In this document: positions 57,328 through 64,000 of the stretch, piece by piece
Layout: each line of letters begins with the position of its first letter
Position numbering within the stretch: position 1 is the first letter of the stretch
NCBI GenBank assembly: GCA_964016885.1
Contig: OZ024759.1
Span: forward strand, 35,774,001-35,838,000
DNA: 64,000 bases
Direction of reading: 5' to 3'
DNA from: Eledone cirrhosa
Taxonomy: Eukaryota
Notes under the pieces: generated by a model
Database searches by the model: none
Told to the model about the DNA's origin: nothing
The model's input: the letters and a program-made list of their open reading frames with translations, nothing else
Position numbers and translations under genes: made by a program

Positions 57328-57864
57328 GGGCAGTGGATTGGCAGTATCAGTAGAGGGTCGGACACCATGTTAGGGTGGTGGATTGGCAGTATCGGTAGAG
57401 GGTCGGACACCATGTTAGGGTGGTGGATTGGCAGTATCAGTAGAGGGCCGGACACCATGTTAGGGTGGTGGATTGGCAGTATCAGTAGAGGGTCGGACAC
57501 CATGTTAGGGTGGTGGATTGGCAGTATCGGTAGAGGGTCGGACACCATGTTAGGGTGGTGGATTGGCAGTATCAGTAGAGGGTCGGACACCATGTTAGGG
57601 TGGTGGATTGGCAGTATCGGTAGAGGGTCGGACACCATGTTAGGGTGGTGGATTGGCAGTATCAGTAGAGGGTCGGACACCATGTTAGGGTGGTGGATTG
57701 GCAGTATCAGTAGAGGGTCGGACACCATGTTAGGGTGGTGGATTGGCAGTATCGGTAGAGGGTCGGACACCATGTTAGGGTGGTGGATTGGCAGTATCAG
57801 TAGAGGGTCGGACACCATGTTAGGGTGGTGGATTGGCAGTATCGGTAGAGGGTCGGACACCATG
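57328..57864. repeat. 45-bp minisatellite, about 12 copies, made from a SINE head
   Basis: Unit gggtggtggattggcagtatc(a/g)gtagagggtcggacaccatgtta, running directly into the SINE body. Confidence 0.95.
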
Positions 57865-58013
57865 CTTTCCAGCATAGTTACGTCCCTTTACAGCCTGAGT
57901 TCAAATCGTGCCGAGGTTGTCTTTGCCTTTCATCCTTACGGGGTCGATAGAATAAAGTACCGGTAATGCACTCTGGGTAATTGCTGGCCTTGTGCCAAAA
58001 GTAGAAACAATTA
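57825..58013 (+). mobile_element. tRNA-derived SINE with a Meta-like central domain
   Basis: B-box gagttcaaatc; body gcctttcatccttacggggtcgatagaataaagtacc (gtcgataaaataaagtacc in most copies). Other copies at about 5090-5425, 6170-6350, 7000-7150, 9380-9475, 40970-41155, 53602-53735 and 58860-59375. Confidence 0.75.
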
Positions 58014-58781
58014 TATATATACACACTGTATACACATATATGTAAGGCCATCAATTGGTGTAACCTGGAGGTCAACAAACCTACATCAACCTAAAGCTAC
58101 CCAAAAACCTGAAGCAAGTGAAATATTCTCAGGTCTCATATAACCCCCCCCCCACCACCACCACCACCACCACCATCACATTAATTTTTCAGATCTTTCC
58201 AAAGCCCTCCCCCGCCCACTTGTTCCAACCTCCTCCCATTATTTGGGACCTGAGAGTAATCCCTAAATCTACAGTCACCTCCCACCCCACTCACTAGACC
58301 CATATCTATACCACTCGTGTGGTCCCTAAACCTTGATAGAAACCTACACCTATACAGAAAGTAAAATTCACACCACATCCTTGTAAACTATATCACAACC
58401 CCCTGCCCCAGGGTAACGACATTATGGGGTGGGGGAGACTTCTACTCTCACTTCACATCCATTGCACACACATACATACATAGACACACATACATAGACA
58501 CACATTGGAAAGGTAAACAGACACACACACACGCATAAATACACACACACAGACCCATTGGAAAGGTAAACAGACATACACACACAAATGTATAAATACA
58601 CACACACACATTCGAAAGGTAAACAGACATACACACACACACAAATGCATAAATACACATACACATACTAGAAAGGTAAACATACATACTCACACATAAA
58701 CAGTCACATACACTAAAAAGGTAAACAGATAAACACACACACATATATATATATACATACACTAAAAAGATAAACATACAC

Positions 58782-58813
<32 letters not shown>

Positions 58814-58859
58814 TCTGACACACACTAGAAAGGTAAAGACAATCCCATGTAGAAGACTT

Positions 58860-59375
58860 CAATAATTGTTTCTACTTTAGGCACAAGGCCAGCAATTACC
58901 CAGTACATTACTGGTACTTTATTTTATCGACCCCGTAAGGATGAAAGGCAAAGTTAACCTCGGCGGGATTTGAACTCAGAATGGCAAGGGCCGTAACTCT
59001 ATGCTGTAAAGCATGGTGTCCGACCCTTTACCGATACTGCCAATCCACCGCCCTTAAATAATGGTTTCTTATATAGGCACAAGGCCAGTAATTTGGGGGG
59101 AGGAGAAGTCGATTAAATCAACCCCAGTGTATTACTGGTACTTTATTTTATCGACCCCATATGGATGAAAGGCAAAGTTAACCTCAACGGGATTTGAGCT
59201 CAGACCATAAAGGGCCGTAACTCTATGCTGTAAAGCATGGTGTCCGACCCTCTACCGATACTGCCAATCCACCGCCCTTAAATAATTGTTTCTACTTTAG
59301 GCACAAGGCCAGCAATTACCCAGTGCATTACTGGTACTTTATTTTATCGACCCCGTAAGGATGAAAGGCAAGCCC
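58860..59375 (-). mobile_element. Three head-to-tail copies of the same tRNA-SINE
   Basis: Units restart at about 58860, 59058 and 59280 with aataat(t/g)gtttct...gcacaaggccag. Confidence 0.75.
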
Positions 59376-59550
59376 TTAAATAATGACAGGTTTTAATGGC
59401 CTCAAAATGTTTCATTGACTTTCTTTGTCTTGTTTGTATATTTATTATATTTTAAAATTTGTTTATTTTGTTCATTTGTTGCTGGAAATATTTATTTTGT
59501 TGATGAGAAAAACAAGGAAGATGGATATTGAAATATATACACACATACAC

Positions 59551-59588
<38 letters not shown>

Positions 59589-59611
59589 ATATATATATAT
59601 ATATTATATAT

Positions 59612-59679
<68 letters not shown>

Positions 59680-59680
59680 T

Positions 59681-59747
<67 letters not shown>

Positions 59748-59750
<3 letters not shown>

Positions 59751-60128
59751 TCTTCGTTTAACATCCATCTTCCACGCTAGCATGGGTCAGACGGGAGTTG
59801 TCCCACTTGAGGCAAGGTTGGTCGGGTGACCGTGTCTCTCCCTCATATAGGACTATCTGACAGGTTTTCTACGGCTGGATGCCCTTCCTAACACCAACCA
59901 CATTTACAGTGTGGAACTGGGAACTTTTTACCGTGTTACCTACACGGCCACATTACAGCGTGGACTGTGTGTTTTGTCGTGACACCTACATGATCTCCAT
60001 CTCATTATCTCATGCTGTTGGTGGGAGTGGGAGGATAGGGTAGGGGTAGTGGATTGGGGTGTATATTTGGTTAAGAGGTGCCTACTGACTGTAGCTTTCG
60101 CTTTGTACATAGGCAAGGCGGGTCTTAT
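59748..60128 (-). mobile_element. Abundant non-autonomous retroposon with an RTE-type 3' tail
   Basis: ...ggtgttaggaagggcatccagc...acccatgctagcgtggaagatgga(c/t)gttaaacga(a/t)gatgat. Copies at about 14752-14918, 16730-17003, 22630-22860, 25725-25885, 30125-30368, 36375-36710, 42537-42744 and 56392-56505. Confidence 0.8.
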
Positions 60129-60485
60129 ACATACATACATATACATACATACATATACATACTATATATATATATGTGTGTACAGAGACAGATTCAGAGA
60201 GACACATACAAACACACATACACAGAGACACACACATAGACAGACAGACACACACACACAAACAGATACACACACATACAGACAGAGACACAGACAAACA
60301 GAGACACAGAGACATACAAACACACATACAGACACAGAGACATACACAAACACACATACACAGAGATACACACACATACATACAGACAGACACACACACA
60401 CACACACACACAGAGACACAGACAAACACAGATTCACAGAGACACATACAGACACAGAGACATACACAAACACACATACACAGAG

Positions 60486-60520
<35 letters not shown>

Positions 60521-61399
60521 GACAGACACAGTAAAGCTGTTCCTCTCAAAACTTGTTTTATAATTATATAACCTGACAAATACTCCAGTTCTACAACACC
60601 ACATACAGAGAGCCTGGCTCCACGTATGTATATAATCTGTATGTACTTAGGTATATACACATATATATATATATATATATACACTCATATGTATATATAT
60701 ATATATGTGTGTACAGATACACACACACATGAATATATATATATATATATATATACACATACATATATATATATGTACAGATACACACACACATGAATAT
60801 ACATATATATATATGTACAGATACACACACATATATATATACATATATGTATACATACACACACACACATATATATATATACATATATGTGTTCAGATAC
60901 ACACACACGCACACACACACATATATATACACTCATATATATATATGTGTACACACACACACACATATATATACACACACTTATACATATATGCATATAT
61001 ATATACATATGTATACACACACATATATACATATATGTATACATACACACTTACACACACATATATATACACATATGCAAATATATACATGTGTATACAT
61101 GTGTGTGTGTGTGTGCAAAGTAGACTTTAAAAAGTAAATAACATTAAATACAACCAGCCATGACATACCACACACACACACACACACAGCTGACCTACAA
61201 AACACACACAGATTACCAACACATGCACACACACACACGCATGATCTATAACAGTTGACCTACAAACACACACATAACTGATAACATACACACAGTTGAC
61301 CTATAACACAAACAGTAAAATTGTAAGAAAGCTAATAAACACCATAATTGAAAGAAAGATGTTTACACTTAGAGAGGAATGGCTGTAATTGTTTTTACA

Positions 61400-62470
61400 T
61401 GTAGTTGATCTCTGCTTGTGAAGATGACCCTTTCTAGTGTAGTTGATCCTGGCTTGTGTAGTTGATCCTGGCTTGTGTAGTTGATCCTGGCTTGTGTAGT
61501 TGATCCTGGCTTGTGTAGTTGATCCTGGCTTGTGTAGTTGATCCTGGCTTGTGTAGTTGATCCTGGCTTGTGTAGTTGATCCTGGCTTGTGTAGTTGATC
61601 CTGGCTTGTGTAGTTGATCCTGGCTTGTGTAGTTGATCCTGGCTTGTGTAGTTGATCCTGGCTTGTGTAGTTGATCCTGGCTTGTGAAGATGATCTCTGC
61701 TTGTGAAGATGATCTCTGCTTGTGAAGATGATCTCTGCTTGTGAAGATGATCTCTGCTTGTGAAGATGATCTCTGCTTGTGAAGATGATCTCTGCTTGTG
61801 AAGATGATCTCTGCTTGTGAAGATGATCTCTGCTTGTGAAGATGATCTCTGCTTGTGAAGATGATCTCTGCTTGTGAAGATGATCTCTGCTTGTGAAGAT
61901 GATCTCTGCTTGTGAAGATGATCTCTGCTTGTGAAGATGATCTCTGCTTGTGAAGATGATCTCTGCTTGTGAAGATGATACCTGCTTGTGAAGATGATAC
62001 CTGCTTATGAAGATGATACCTGCTTGTGAAGATGATACCTGCTTGTGAAGATGATACCTGCTTGTGAAGATGATACCTGCTTGTGAAGATGATACCTGCT
62101 TGTGAAGATGATACCTGCTTGTGAAGATGATACCTGCTTGTGAAGATGACACCTGCTTGTGAAGATGACACCTGCTTGTGAAGATGACACCTGCTTGTGA
62201 AGATGACCCTTTCTAGTGTAGTTGATCCTGGCCTGTGTAGCTGATCTCTGCTTGTGAAGATGACACCTGCTAGTGTAGTTGATCCTGGCCTGTGTAGCTG
62301 ATCTCTGCTTGTGAAGATGACACCTGCTAGTGTAGTTGATCCTGGCCTGTGTAGCTGACTCCTGGCTAGTGTAGTTGATCCTGGCCTGTGTAGCTGATCT
62401 CTCCTTGTGAAGATGACTCTTGGCTAGTGTAGTTGATCCCTGCTTGTGAAGATGACCCCTGCTTGTGCAT
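61400..62470. repeat. 19-bp satellite with zoned variants
   Basis: Blocks of gtagttgatcctggcttgt, gaagatgatctctgcttgt, gaagatgatacctgcttgt and gaagatgacacctgcttgt. Confidence 0.95.
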
Positions 62471-62524
62471 AAGTTTACATTTTGTCAGAGGCCAGAATCA
62501 GTTGATTCAGGTTTATTTAAAACT

Positions 62525-62582
62525 CCGTTATACATATTTCACTGAGGACTATCAGTTATGATAGCCTGAGCTCTTCAGATGG
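62525..62582 (-). ncRNA. Type I hammerhead ribozyme motif (family A-like)
   Basis: ccat-CTGAAGA-gctcaggctatca(taac)tgatagtcctcagt-GAA-ATAtgTAT-A-acgg; one mismatch in stem I. Confidence 0.6.
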
Positions 62583-63423
62583 CAAAATCTATAAAAACTT
62601 GAAAACATTGAAGGTTTCTCAAAAACTTGGTCTGAAACTAACTGTTGAAACAGCAAGAGCTCATCCATCAGGCTCCAACTATTTCTAATATATATATATA
62701 TTAGTTCCTCTGGACTGAGAGTTCTACTTACTACGGATATAACCTCCAGGTGTTTTACCACTATATATATATATATATATATATAGTAATAATAATAAAT
62801 GTGAAGACTAAAATCCGAAGAGGGCTCGATAAGGATAAATATATATCAAATATATGTTTGTTTTAGAAGATCCTGTTATGGGTGAAAGCAGAAATTCTTT
62901 GCTTAAACTTTAATCTGTTATTTTTATAAATATATATATATATATATATATATAACAAAGGAATTGTGGTAAGGAACCAAATGGACCATAACGCACCTGA
63001 GTACTCAATACTTAGGGTAGTAGAGTGGGAAATAGATGTGTGTGTGTGTGTGTACTAGGGCTCAATATGATCAAATAAATCCCTTAAAAGTGGGGCCCTA
63101 GCAGGGCCAGATAAGGTCAGACCTGAGCCTCTAGCTTATATTATAAAGGGTCGTCATTTTTTTTTTTTTTTTTCCTAAATGTGACATTAGGGTTAAGGGA
63201 AATATAGTAGTGTAGTATGAAACAATTGTAGAGTCCCCCCTGAAAATATAGGGGACAAAATAGGGGGGAGGGGGGATATCAATTATTCCATATGTTACTA
63301 GGCTAATCCAGTTGTTTATGAGATGCAAATATAAGCCAGCTTTTATAAGATCACTCACACGTGTGTGTATGTGTGTGTGTGTATATGTGTGTGTGTATGT
63401 ATATGTGTGTATGTGTATATATA

Positions 63424-63462
<39 letters not shown>

Positions 63463-64000
63463 TATTCTGGTCAATTGAGTAGAGAGGAATTAATACTACC
63501 ACTACTACTACAGTTACCACCAGCACAACTACTATTGCCACTACTACAACTAATAATAATAATACTACCATCATCATCATCAGCTGATGTATCCTGTAAT
63601 CCTCTGTATTAAGCCAAACACTCACAACACCCACTTCAGGACATCCTATAAATCAGGGAGACATCCACCCACATACATGTGTATACATACACACATATAC
63701 ATACATGTGTGAGTATACACACACACATATGCATACATGTGTATATATATCTACATACACATATATACATACATACATGTGTATATATATATATACATAC
63801 ACATATGCATATATACATACATACACATTTATTCGCATATATATATATATATATATCTACATATATATATATATACATATATATACACACTCACACACAG
63901 ATTGGCAGATATATACACACATATCTACACACGTATACGTACATGTATATATATATACACACACACACAAGTAGACATCAGTCAAAGCGGATTAATTGAT

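Noticed and set aside
57328-57864. TTAGGG in every 45-bp unit as interstitial telomere
   Set aside because: A single hexamer created at the unit junction of a SINE-head repeat; no tandem TTAGGG.
63625-63644. 20-nt candidate upstream plakin exon (DVLKWV) with tag/gtgagt sites
   Set aside because: Resembles plakin 'DLLAWV', but its phase does not join 53369 without another unseen exon, and it is too short to support.

Overview
AT-rich, microsatellite-saturated eukaryotic DNA. The repeat landscape ((TA)n/(CA)n/(GA)n tracts, RTE and CR1 LINE remnants, tRNA-SINEs) suggests an octopod cephalopod, but that is an inference. Nearly all ORFs in the supplied track are repeat artefacts. The real gene is a split minus-strand gene that I reconstructed by hand: 11 GT-AG, phase-consistent exons between 53369 and 8324, plus a possible last exon at 6728-6798. 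It encodes a divergent plakin-domain protein (spectrin repeats with an embedded SH3). Its 5' end and probably one internal exon were not found. The introns hold RTE and CR1 fragments, SINEs, piggyBac-, mariner- and hAT-like MITEs, a CpG-decayed 5S rRNA copy and many minisatellites grown out of transposon segments. The most notable signal is about a dozen type I hammerhead-ribozyme motifs (CUGANGA-stem II-GAAA-stem III-NUH, closed by stem I). They belong to at least five unrelated small repeat families, lie on both strands and usually sit next to (TA)n. Several have an intact catalytic core and one is locked inside a perfect foldback. All folds and alignments were done by eye.
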